NCBI RefSeq assembly: GCF_963506605.1
Contig: NC_083291.1
Span: forward strand, 19,840,001-19,904,000
Length of the DNA stretch: 64,000 nt
Direction of reading: 5' to 3'
DNA from: Zootoca vivipara
Lineage: Eukaryota
The notes under the pieces: model-generated
The model's input: the letters and a program-made list of their open reading frames with translations, nothing else
Told to the model about the DNA's origin: nothing
The model's database searches: none
Shown here: one piece after another, positions 12,501-24,000 of the stretch
How the letters are laid out: each line of letters begins with the position of its first letter
How positions within the stretch are numbered: position 1 is the stretch's first letter
Position numbers and translations under genes: made by a program

Positions 12501-12850
12501 TCCTACCAGCAGGTAAACCGAATTGTGGTAACACAGAATATGGCCTCCTCTGCAGTGGCATCCTGATGGCAGAAGTTCCTCTGATTGGAAGCACAGCTGG
12601 TGACCACATTGATTTTTCAAGTTCTCTCCTGAAAAAAAAAAGATTGAATGAACAGGATTGCTCAATACAGGCCCCTTAGAAACTTTAGTTTGTACTTTAT
12701 GTGTAATTACATTTATATCCTACCTTTCGTCCAATGAGCTGAAGGTGGTGTGATGGTTGTATCACAACCAAAAAGAACCTTAGCAGAAAGAGCTGCGGAC
12801 AGAACACAATATAAATTTTCTTTCCAGCAAAGCAAGAGATGTTCACCTAG
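9530..12850 (-). repeat. Complex tandem array (~600-bp unit, ~4 near-complete copies plus partial ones) of exon-like cassettes with splice sites
   Basis: Repeated modules, e.g. 69-nt cassettes at 10202-10270, 10991-11059 and 11590-11658, each bounded on the minus strand by ...ttcacag| and |gtaag. Confidence 0.9.
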
Positions 12851-14131
12851 GTGCCATTAAGTCAGAATGCATACATCTGTCTTGTTACTATCATTATGAT
12901 ATAGCATTTAAACATCACTTGTTCAGCATTTGTGTGTGTTGCCGCCTCTGAAAAGTCCAGAGTATTTGATAGTTACCTTCCTTCAACTGCAACAAGTGAG
13001 AGGTTAAAGGCAAAACAAGCAATTGGTTAGATCTAGTTTTTAAATCTGTATTTTAAAAGTATCACATTGAAAACTGAAGTACTGTACTGGAGATGATTCA
13101 AGTTTTAATATTATAGAGTCAATGCTTTGTGCTGTGTGAGCTATGAACTAAATAGCTGTTCCTAGCTTAGCAAAAATAAAACAATTTTAGAAATCCAAAA
13201 ACATGGTTGCAGCAGATGAATTTCTCAGTGAAACTGTAGACTGTAATAAGAGAGTTATTGCAATCACATCCACATTATGTACAGTTAATAGTTTTGCCTG
13301 CCCTGTTGCATCATTACCTGTTGAGGTCCATTTCCCATATCTTACATATTTTTTTTTGCACAGGTGGTACAATTGTCCCCCTCATATACTCCCTGTGAGG
13401 TAGGTTAGGCTAAGAGACAGTGGATGGCCCAAGGTCAACCAGGAAGAACTTTCCTAAGAGAAATAAGACACTTTCATGCAGGGTCCTGGAGTTGCTACGT
13501 CCCTAAGCAGTTGCTCTGCATCTCCTCCTCCACAGGAGCCAAGGACGAGCCACCTCTTTCTTATCATTGCCGTCAGCGGCTTCACCCTCAAAATGCCTTC
13601 TTTGCTTTTCCACACTGGAATCTGCAAGCCGCCTTCAGTTTGCTTGTGGTTTTTATCTTCCTCAGATGCTGGCATGTTTGGGACCTTCTGGATTTAGAAA
13701 CATCTCAAGGAGCAAAACAAAAAAACCCCTCAATATTTTGGTGCCCATCTTCTGCAATTCCTTCATAGCTTTAAATTAGGTAAAATATTCTGACCTGTGA
13801 CAGGTGCATTTTGCTGCTGCTGCTGCTGCTGCTACCTGTGGCACTTGCTATCGTCCAAAATCTTGGCACACTCATTCTAAGGGGGGGGGGGGGTTTTACA
13901 GATGCTAGATGCCACTCTCAGGGCTAGATGAAAAACAAAGAACTTAAAGGAGGTGGTGTACACAAGGACTTTCCAGACTTTCTAGCAAGAGACAAAAAGT
14001 AAGTATGCCTGCAATGCTCCCAAAATCCCTCCCTTCTCATCTCTCCTATTCCTGGCTTCAGTAAAAAAAAAAAACTTCTTATCAAAGTATTACTAAGAAC
14101 ATTGCAGAGGGCTTTTAGTTATTGTGTTACC

Positions 14132-14267
14132 CAGGCATCCCCAAACTGCGGCCCTCCAGATGTTTTGGCCTACAACTCCCATGATCCCTAGCTAACAGGA
14201 CCAGTGGTCGGGGAAGATGGGAATTGTAGTCCAAAACATCTGGAGGGCCGAAGTTTGGGGATGCCTG
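14132..14267. mobile_element. 136-bp palindromic hAT MITE
   Basis: Same family; TSD GTGTTAC(C/T). Confidence 0.9.
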
Positions 14268-16343
14268 GTGTTACTAGTTACACTTCATCAGCCTGGATCC
14301 ACCAACACTTCTTGCTTCCAAGTCTTTCCTGTGCTAAAGTCTTCCCAATCTTGGCTTTTCTAGTTTTAGCAATGAAAACCTCACACTTTTCCTAACACCA
14401 GATGGCTTCTCTAGTTGCCTTTTAAAAGAAAAAACTTTCCATTTCCCCTACCCATTTTTCACTGTGCTTTAAGCCAACTTCATATCCATCTATGTGCTTT
14501 CATGTGCTCCTTTTTACATCCAAAGACTAGTTAGTTTGAAAAGTAAGCAAAACTTGATTTATCCCCTTCATGTTCCTTCATTTTCTCTTGACATCTCCAG
14601 TTGTCACATGGTGTTTGTTTGTTTGTTTGTTTGTTTTGGTGATTATCCTTAAAATCTTCATCTTGGTATTTTTCTGAGTTTTCAGTTTAGATTTTGCTTG
14701 GCTAATCTTTCTTTTGGGGACTTTCTCAAAGTCCATCTTTTGTCCACAATTGACTGTCCCTCTTTGATTAGGATTAATTCTTCTTTGATCTTCTATTTTC
14801 TTTCTATTCCCATTTAAAATTATTGCCTCTCCTAACACTTTTTAGACAGATACCTAATACATATATATCAGCTCACAGGTGAAAATTACTTGTACTGTAC
14901 CTCTTTTTGAAGTTGTAAACAGTAATGTTTCAGTAGAGTAAAATCCCTTTGTTTTCTTAAAAAATCTAACCTAAACTGGTTTCAGTCCAAACCTGTTTCA
15001 TCTTCCCCAGCCGGGTCTCTTTCCTAATCCCTCTGCCCCTTTAACTTCTTCAGCTTTGACCAGTGAGAGGGCTAACACCAGTACTGTACTATAGCCAGGG
15101 ACAGGCTCACTCACTGGCATGTGACTCCCTCCCTCCAGCACCTGTCATAATTGACACATAAAAAGTCCCTTTCAGCATTAATACAGTGGGTGTAAATGTC
15201 TTCATTTTCAGCAAGCAATGATTGCAGGGCTTTGGTGAGGAATTAGTATTCTCTTCCCACATTCATACATTCCGGAAATAAATAAGTGTGTTTCACACTG
15301 TTCCTTTCATCATCTCATTACAGTATTAAGGTGACTCCCTCGCCATTTCATCTTGACCCACACTTGAATAAACCTGCGCAAACAGGTGTGTTTACTCAGA
15401 AATTAGTCCTGGTATATTCTATGGACCTTACCCCTTCGTGTTTTTAGGATTACAGCTGAAGATGTTGGATTGGGGAGGGCATCCTCATCACTTCTTGGCA
15501 TTTATTAACCCATCGCACTCTCGAGTGACCGCTGTGAAAAAGGGCTGAGGGATAAGCTATGGGAAGAGGGGCTGGCTTTAGACCATGGGCTTAGCCAGGG
15601 GGGCAGGTGCCCCCCTCAATCAACAAAACTACTTAACTAACTAAGGTTCTGCCCTCCCTAACAAAAGCCTGCCCCCCCCCAGCAAAAATTCTGGCTACGC
15701 CCATGCTTGGCACTCAGTGGCCCCCATTGAATTCTATGGAACAAAATAAACAGGCTGCAATCTGGGCACAGCTGAAAAGGACAGCAGTTGCTTCTCACTC
15801 CAGACACTTGATACTGCATTCACACATTTTAGTCTCAAATCAATGGAGCCTGAGTGCTGGTGTGTGTTTTTAAATCTAGGGTGATGACTTTTTTACAACC
15901 TCATTTCCCTGTATAATGATTTGATGAGCTTTCATTAAAGATTAGATAAAATCTTACTTTCAAAGAGATTTGATTTAAAAAAAACCTCACGCACAAAATG
16001 ATTTTTAAAAATTTATCAGTTTTTTGACCATTTTTGAAGTCACTATAAGCAGATATAAAATTGAACCCAAGCTTTAGAGTCACATATATACAACATTATA
16101 TAGGGTCATCAAACACACAAGGAAGCTTTTTAAAGCTGCAGTAACAGTATAGTCGCCGCTAGAGGACGATGTTTTGCTACCTCTCCTGTAGGTTCTTTTC
16201 CCAGCATGCCTGGCAGGGTCTGCTGGCTGAGCTTTGAGGTCCCAAAAAGGGGCTTTTACCTTGCGCAGGTGTGACATTTGTTTACCCTATGTTGCTAAGA
16301 ACACTCCCCATTGTGGAATGTGGTGTTGTGTCCAAATTTGATA

Positions 16344-16345
<2 letters not shown>

Positions 16346-16394
<49 letters not shown>
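16346..16394. repeat. (TA)n microsatellite
   Basis: Read directly. Confidence 0.95.
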
Positions 16395-16398
<4 letters not shown>

Positions 16399-17997
16399 TG
16401 TTAATACCGGTACAATTTTATGAAATGGTAAAACGGCATACAAAAAAATTAAAAATGGTTTGTGCGTAACCTTTTTAAATATTTCAATGGAATATACCTC
16501 ATTTTAGTCATTAAGAAGCAAAAGTTCATTCATTTGTGCTACAGGAAATAATTTTTGAGAAAAAAAATGAAAAAGTCATACATGCAGCGACTATTTTACG
16601 TGCATCCAATTGAGGTGTGACCATCAGACATTCATATCTGTAGACCTGGAAGTGGCTCGAAAAGTGGGTGGAACGAGACTGGGGCAGGGCAGGGCAGGGC
16701 AGAGGAGGGGAGGGGGTGGAGCGGAACAAGGTGGGCTTACGTGCGGTCCAGCAACACGCGTGAAGACCCGGAACACAACCCCCATGCAAATGGGCAGTTG
16801 CCTGTAATTGACACGGTCTAGAGCTATTGCACATTTTTTGTCTGAAAAGTGCTTCTTGAGATTGTGAGCAATTCACTGTTGTGTTATTATTGAATGTTCT
16901 CTCAGTGCAAGTGGTTCAACTTGCCAGATGGAACAGTCCCTCCTCCTCTCTGAGACTCCATCCCAGCATGCTTTTACGGGGGTTCTCCTGACCCTCCCAG
17001 AGCCATTTTGGGGGAACACACAGGCAGGGGGCAGCGGGGAAGAGAAGGGAGGACACTCAATTTCACAAGCAAATCTCCATATGCAGCGTTTCTGCTGAAA
17101 GAACTCATTAGGTGACTCCCACACTATACCTTTACAGGACATTCGAAACATGTTATTTCCCTCAATCAATTCTGAACACGGCAGTTTGTTAAGGGTTTCT
17201 GGGGTCAGTTTCAGGGTCAGTCCCATAACCTACGAGCTATGTAGCCTTTTGTCCTCAGGTAGGGAAATCAAAGCATCAGCTGATGTGTGAATGAGCATAT
17301 GATTTCCTTCTTTGTACAGGTGCCCATTCATCCCCACTGCCCAGCAGAAGCTTGCCACAAGAGAACTTCATGGCTGGCTGTGCCCTTAAAATATAACTGT
17401 GCCTGCAAGCTCTGTTGGAAGATAATAGTCCATTATATGATGTATGTTAGGCTGGAACTGAAATTTCAAACTACATTGCCATTGCAGTATCAGCTATGTT
17501 AGCAAATGCCAATCAGATAATGAAATAACAGACTAGACAGAGTAAACAGGTCCTGCACTGCTATGCCTGGAATGCTGCTGAGTAACACAACTCATATTCT
17601 GAATGTATTTCAGAACATGTTAACACTCACATCATCTGGGGAAATTCTACTACAGTAATGGCCCTTCACTCTACAGAGCATCATAAGGCAATCACCAAAA
17701 AATGGGCATTTTCTGCTGTTCCCCCTATGCTATGGAATAACATCAGTTTCTTTGGACAGCTTGTAAAGACTTTCCCTTTCCTTGACCCTTTAGATTGGAC
17801 CTAGTTCTTTTGGGCTTGAATCTCTTCCATTTTTATTTGCTGTTACATATTTTTATACTGTTGTTTTATGGAATGCCGAATGGTATGGTTTTAGTAAAAT
17901 ATGCAGGGATATCTGATGTAAAGTGAAGCATGGAAAGAGAAGAAAGGAAGTCATAGATATCTTAAGGATGTAAAATTGAGTGCTTTCAATTGTAAAA

Positions 17998-18343
17998 CAG
18001 AAAAATCGGAAAATTAGAATATCATCGAAAAGTGCATTTATTTCAGTAACGCAACTTAAAAGGTGAAACCGATATATGAGATAGATGCATGACATGCAAA
18101 GCAAGATATGTCAAGCCTTTATTTGTTGTGATTGTAATTATTCGTTGTTAGGCGGGTCAATTATAAATGGAATGTAATTAATGAAATGTAATAGCAATGT
18201 TAATTTTTGTATTATTGTAACTGTTTTATTACTGTGGAATTTCCAAAAGAAAGCATTTGTAAAAATTAAAAGAAAAATAATAAGTTGCATTACTGAAATA
18301 AATGCACTTTTCGACGATATTCTAACTTTCCGAGTTTCACCTG
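17998..18343. mobile_element. Tc1-type MITE, same family (left tip damaged)
   Basis: Near-identical to 35087-35450. Confidence 0.88.
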
Positions 18344-18479
18344 TACTGTATATTGGTTTTAAAAGAAACGACAAGAGAAGATTCGGGTCTAGTGAGCTGC
18401 ATCCCCCCTAGGATTCTCGTTTATGAAACCCAATACTGTACAGTACAAAGTGAATCAAAGGACCGAGTCTTGTGTTTTG

Positions 18480-18965
18480 CGTCTTTCCCTTTTCAACTTC
18501 CCGCCCCCGAAGGGAACCAGGCAGCGCCTCCTCCCGAAGCCAAGGCCGCCGAGAGCGGGGCGGGCCTGGCCGGAGGAGGCGGGCGGGCGGGCGGTGTTGG
18601 CGGCCGCCCTCTGTGACGAGGAGGGCGGGCTCTGCTTTGAGGCCCGCCCGGCATGCGAGGAGCGGGATGGCCGAAGCCGGGGACTACGCGGACGCCGTGG
18701 TCTCTCCGCCGCCGCAGGGCAGGCCTCGCGGCGGGGAGCTGGGCGGCGGCACCCAGGCCTCGCAGCGCCTGCTGGCCTATAGCGATGCCCTGCTCTCCAT
18801 CATCGCCACCGTCATGGTGAGTCTCTCGGAGTCAGGCGCGTCCAGAGGGCGGCGAGGGGAAAGCAGGCGCGCCCCTTGCTGTGGGATCCCGTGGGGGGCT
18901 TTCCCCGCCACGCGCGGAGGTTGGGTGGAGCTGCACCTGTTGGAGTCCCGCCTGCTGCGCTAGAC
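18480..18965 (+). promoter_or_regulatory. CpG island / TMEM175 promoter
   Basis: Very GC- and CpG-rich, several GGGCGG boxes, surrounds the ATG exon. Confidence 0.85.
18667..18816 (+). CDS. TMEM175: TMEM175 coding exon 1 (MAEAGD...SIIATVM)
   Basis: ATG in GGGATGG context inside a CpG island; ends ATG|gtgagt. Confidence 0.93.
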
Positions 18966-20988
18966 AGGCTGGGAGAAGGAACGAGGCGGGTGGAGAGACA
19001 CAACAACCCCTGGACCATAGCTGTCAAGTTCTCCCTTTTTCTAAAGGGAAATTTCCTTCTGCTGAATAGGCTTCCTCGCGAGAAAAGGGAAAAACTTGAC
19101 AGCTGTGCCCTTTCGCATGGAAGGGGCGAGGTTTCTGCAGCAGCGCCTTTTCCTTTTTCTAAATTATGTAATTCTTTATTTAGATTATTAAAATACATTC
19201 CTACAAACACGCAAACATACACGAAATATGAAAGTAAACACACAAACATACACGAAAAAGGGAAAAAAAGAGTAAGTACAAATCATGAAGAAAAAAGCAT
19301 CACAGTTTAAAATTAGCTTCCCATCACTTGTATATCATTTCCCTTATCCCTTATACAGAACTTGCTCTTCCTCACAAATAAAGATAAAAATATAACTTAA
19401 AACACTCTATAATATATGCATACATATTTCCCCTTATGTATCTCAATCCAAACAATCCATACCTTCTTTTTTAAAATAATCTTCCACATATTTCCACTCA
19501 CCTAGCAAAGATGACAGCAGCAATTAAAAATATCCCAAAACAAAGAGTTAAAGCCTCTTCCTTTTTCAAGATGAAGCAGCATGGCTGGATTAGAACCTGG
19601 GTCACAAGCTCTTTCAACACCACCTTTGTAATACACAGGCAATAATCTTGCTTTATTTGTTACCTTTCTACCCTGCCTAAGGAAAATAGTAGTAACAGTG
19701 TTCTTACATCTGGCTGGGTTGCCCAAGCCTCTTGAGATTCTTCCCCCTCTCCTGTTTTGACTACACAATAACCCTGCAAGGGCTCTTGGACCACACTTCA
19801 CTCATACCTGTGCCTAGAAACCACGGGTCTTGAGAGCAGTTTTCCCGTTTGTCCCACCGCTTTCCTCAGGACAATCCACTGTTTATTTTTTATTTATTGA
19901 ATTTACGCAGAGGTCTCAGGGCGGTTCACAGGACAGAATCAGAATATAAAAGCACAAAATAGGTAAATAAAATAAAAACAACAACCCAACAACGCACCCA
20001 CCCCTGAATCGGAGCAAATGTCGACCCGCAGAAAACCCGGTTGGTGTTTGCTCTGATTCAGCTGTAAGGAGAAAGCGGCAGTGTGGATGAGCCCCAGAGA
20101 GAATGACTGAACTGTGGGCTCCTTAGGCCTTGGTCAGCTCTAACCACTTTGAAAAACTGCCTTTTTGGGGGAGGGGACTTGTCACCTTTCATTCATGCTG
20201 TGTTCACAATCCTTAAATCAGATTAGGACCTCAGTTTCAGTTTCCCCCTTCTACTCCAGGGGACAGAGACCCTGCTCTACCTCCAAGAGGTTCAAACATG
20301 CGGGTCTGCCCATTTTATTCTCACAACCAGTGCTTTTTTTCAGGGGGTACGCAGGCAGGGGGTACGCAGGCATACCCCTAAACATTTTGTGAATCTTTGT
20401 ACTTTTGTCCATTTACTGTATTTATTTTTCCTGATTTGAACTACCGTATAAAATGGTGATTTTTCTTGAGTCAAAATGAGACTACCCCTAAACATTTTTT
20501 AAGAAAAAAAGCACTGCTCACAACACTCTTGAGGTAGGTGGGTGAGGTCACCCAATGAGTGCTGTGGCTGAAAGGAGATTGGCGCCCACGCCGTTAGCTC
20601 ATGTCCAACCCTCTCTTCGCTGTGGCTGCATACCTTTACATAATAGCATCTTTATTTACTTTGGCGTAAGCACCACTCAGTAAAGTGGTACGATTTTAAT
20701 AGTAAAATAAAGGATAGGTTGAAAAGATTGGGGGGCGGGAACCACCCTTTTATCATGCTTTAATCACTGTGATTGTGAGCAAGGTCAGGGTTAGGAAAGC
20801 ATGTTGGGAAATACAGTACCCATTTTGTTTATGCATCTGTAAACTCATTAGAGATAATTTTCCCCTTCCCCAAATGTCCCTTTTATGCTCTTCGGTGTTT
20901 TGTTTTTTCTTCACTGCTTGTTACAAATGCTTCTTTTGCAGATTTTGCCCGTGGCCCATACAAAGATACACCCAGATCAGGTATTGTG

Positions 20989-21027
<39 letters not shown>

Positions 21028-24000
21028 TTTATATCCCTCTTTTTTTCCCTGATGGAACTCAAGGCGGTGTATTTCACATTAAGTGTACTTTTGATTGTAT
21101 TTCGGTTTACTAATTTAGATTGCACTTTGCATCTCCAGTATGGTTGTTCCAGTATATAGGACATTTAGTGCTGAGTGGTTAAACCACAGAGCCTAGGGCT
21201 TGCCAATCAGAAGGTCGGTGGTTCGAATCCCTGTGATGGGGTGAGCTCCTGTTGTTCAGTCCCAGCTCCTGCCAACCTAGCAGTTCGAAAGCACGTCAAA
21301 GTGCAAGTAGATAAATAGGTACCACTCCGGCGGGAAGGTAAAGGGCGTTTCCGTGCGCTGCTGTGGTTCGCCAGAAGCGGCTTAGTCATGTTTGCCACAT
21401 GACCTGGAAGCTGTACGCTGGCTCCTTCAGCCAATAACACGAAATGAGCGCCACAACCCCAGAGTCGTCCGCGACTGGACCTAATGGTCAGGGGTCCCTT
21501 TATCTTTACCTTACTAAAAGAAATTAGAACATCCGTTTCAGGTTCATTTTAAAGTTTCTGTCAATAGGTGCCTCACAGACCACTTCCAGCCCACCTCGGC
21601 TTCAGCTTCCCCTATCCCACTTTCCCTCACCCAAGTGGCAAGTGGGTCTCTTTTGACTGGCCTCTTGTTATTTTGCATGCAACCACCAAGATAGGAACAG
21701 CACCGTCTCCATATTTTGCTTTTGACCTAACCACACTGCTTTCCTGAGTACTTCGCAGGGCAGCACTTCCGGGTTAGAAAGAGTAGAAGACATCTATACT
21801 GCTTACTAATTAACTACCAGGCACCTTAAACAATTCAGTGTGTCCACCAGCTAGATTTGTCTTTATTCAAAGAGTTTCATTCTCAGGTTTTGTGTCTTCA
21901 GAGAGCAGGGGGAAGAATGTATTAGATTTGGTTTTTGTTCTTGTTTTAAATTCACAGCCTGCACCTTAAGGTTCGCTTTGCAATGCGCTTTCTCTTTGTG
22001 CTTTTGCTTGTGTGAAAAACAAACACACCATGTCATGTTTCACTAACTTCCGTAATGAATAACAGGCACTTATTTGTCAAATGCTGTGCTTTATTTCAGA
22101 AACTGGGTGAAAGTGTTCAGCAGCTCCTAGCCACCAAAATTGCCGTTTACCTGATGACTTTTTTAATAGTAACAGTTGCCTGGGCAGCTCATGTCAGGTA
22201 CGCATTTAGGAATGTGTTGGAATCGGAGTATAAAAGCACAAAACACAAGCTGGTCCAAGGAAGGAAGGCATCCTGTAACATAGCTCGCAGGTTGTGCTGA
22301 GCCCTGCCATGCCAGTTGAATTAACTGCCACTAAGGACACATTAGTGGGACCCAGGTGGCGCTGTGGGTTAAACCACTGAGCCTAGGGCTTGCTGATCAG
22401 AAGGTAGGCGGTTTGAATCCCTGTGACGGGGTGAGCTCCCGTTGCTCGGTCCCAGCTCCTTCCAACCTAGCAGTTCGAAAGCATGTCAAAGTGCAAGTAG
22501 ATAAATAGCGGGAAGGTAAACAGCGTTTCCATGTGCTGCTCTGTTTTGCCAGAAGCGGCTTTGTCATGCTGGCCACATGACCTGGAAGCTGTACGCCGGC
22601 TCCCTCGGCCAATAACGCAAGATGAGCGCAGCAACCCCAGAGTCAGTCACGACTGGACCTAATGGTCAGGGGTCCCTTTACCTTTACCTTTTTAAGAACA
22701 CATTAAAGCAGCCTAGGAAAAATAAATCCTCAGTAGAACATAATAAGATCTTTATTTAATCAAACCAACAGTTAATCAAGCCCAGCCCCCTATTTTCCAC
22801 ATCGGAAAAAATGAATTGCACTTGGTTAAAAGAAGCCCCTTTTTTTCTTTTTTGTCCTGAATCTACTGCCAGACAATTTCATTATGTTACCACCATACAA
22901 GGCTTTCTTTTGACCAGTCTGCACATACATCCGTTTGCCATTTGCGGCCTTGGGAGAAGGAACAACTTTTGTAAGCTTCTGCTGCATCTTGCGGAAGTAT
23001 TTTAATGCTTAATGTTTTATTATAATTTTATATGTGTTGGAAGCCACTCAGAATGGCGAGGCAACCTATACAGATATGGGCAGGGTATACAAATAATAGA
23101 ATCTATTGTTGTTATTACCTGGATACAATTGTTACTGGCTCAGGAGTACTCACCATAGCTGCCAAGTTTTCGCTTTTCTCACGAGGAAGCCTATTCAGCA
23201 TAAGGGAAAATCCCTGTAAAAAAGGGATAACTTGGCAGCTATGGTACTCACCCTTTACAAGCTTGGGTTTGTTGGCTGTTCTCAAAATCTCATTTAATTG
23301 GTGGTTTGTGAGGGATCTACAAATAAGTAGTTTGGCTTATTAGCCTCTTCCCCTACCTACCTACCTACCTACCTACTCCCCCCCAAAAAGTCCTGTGACT
23401 TTCACCGAGGGCTTGCAGGGAGGGCAAAGCTCTTTCTCCTTTCTGCTATGTATAAAGAAGATAAGAAACAGTGGGGAGAAACTCCTTTCATTTCCTGTCT
23501 TATCCAATCCTCAACACACTGGAGTTATGACCAGCCTAAGAGCTGAGCTCTTTGTATATGCCAAGGGAGAGGTGGGAGCTTATTTGATAAAATGAGAAAT
23601 GGCAGGAGAATCTTCCATCTTTTAGTTTCTTTAAGCCACAGTAGGTGTAAGAGCTTGAGGGGTTGGGGAGGGAAGCATCCTGTTGGCTGACTTTCACCAA
23701 AGAGCCTAGCAAGGTGGTGAGCAGATTTGCCTGGTTCATCAGGCCTGGTCGCCTGATCTTTGTGAGTGGTGTTTCAGAAAGGGAAGTTTCTGAGTTTCAC
23801 ATTCATTTCTCCCTTACTGCTGAATATGAGTAGACTCATCATAGATTGGAGACACTGCATAACTTCCCAAGTGATACTACTATCATCAAAATTAAGACTT
23901 GTTCAGTGAACGTGTCTGTCTGTCAAAGCTTTCAGAGTATTTTACCAGGGCCAAATTATTAATGGCTTCTGTTCTCTCTCTCTCTCTCCCTCTCAGACTT

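Noticed and set aside
9530-12850. CRISPR-like or simple satellite interpretation of the array
   Set aside because: Eukaryotic context, long modular units without unique spacers, and no cas genes.
18760-18790. RLLAYSD instead of RxxxFSD in TMEM175 repeat I as a novelty
   Set aside because: A conservative F-to-Y change that I recall from other non-mammalian vertebrates; the Ser-Asp and pore-lining hydrophobic residues are intact.
18472-18963. 163-aa ORF as the TMEM175 N-terminus
   Set aside because: It starts at a non-ATG codon and reads through the GTGAGT donor; only 18667-18816 matches TMEM175.
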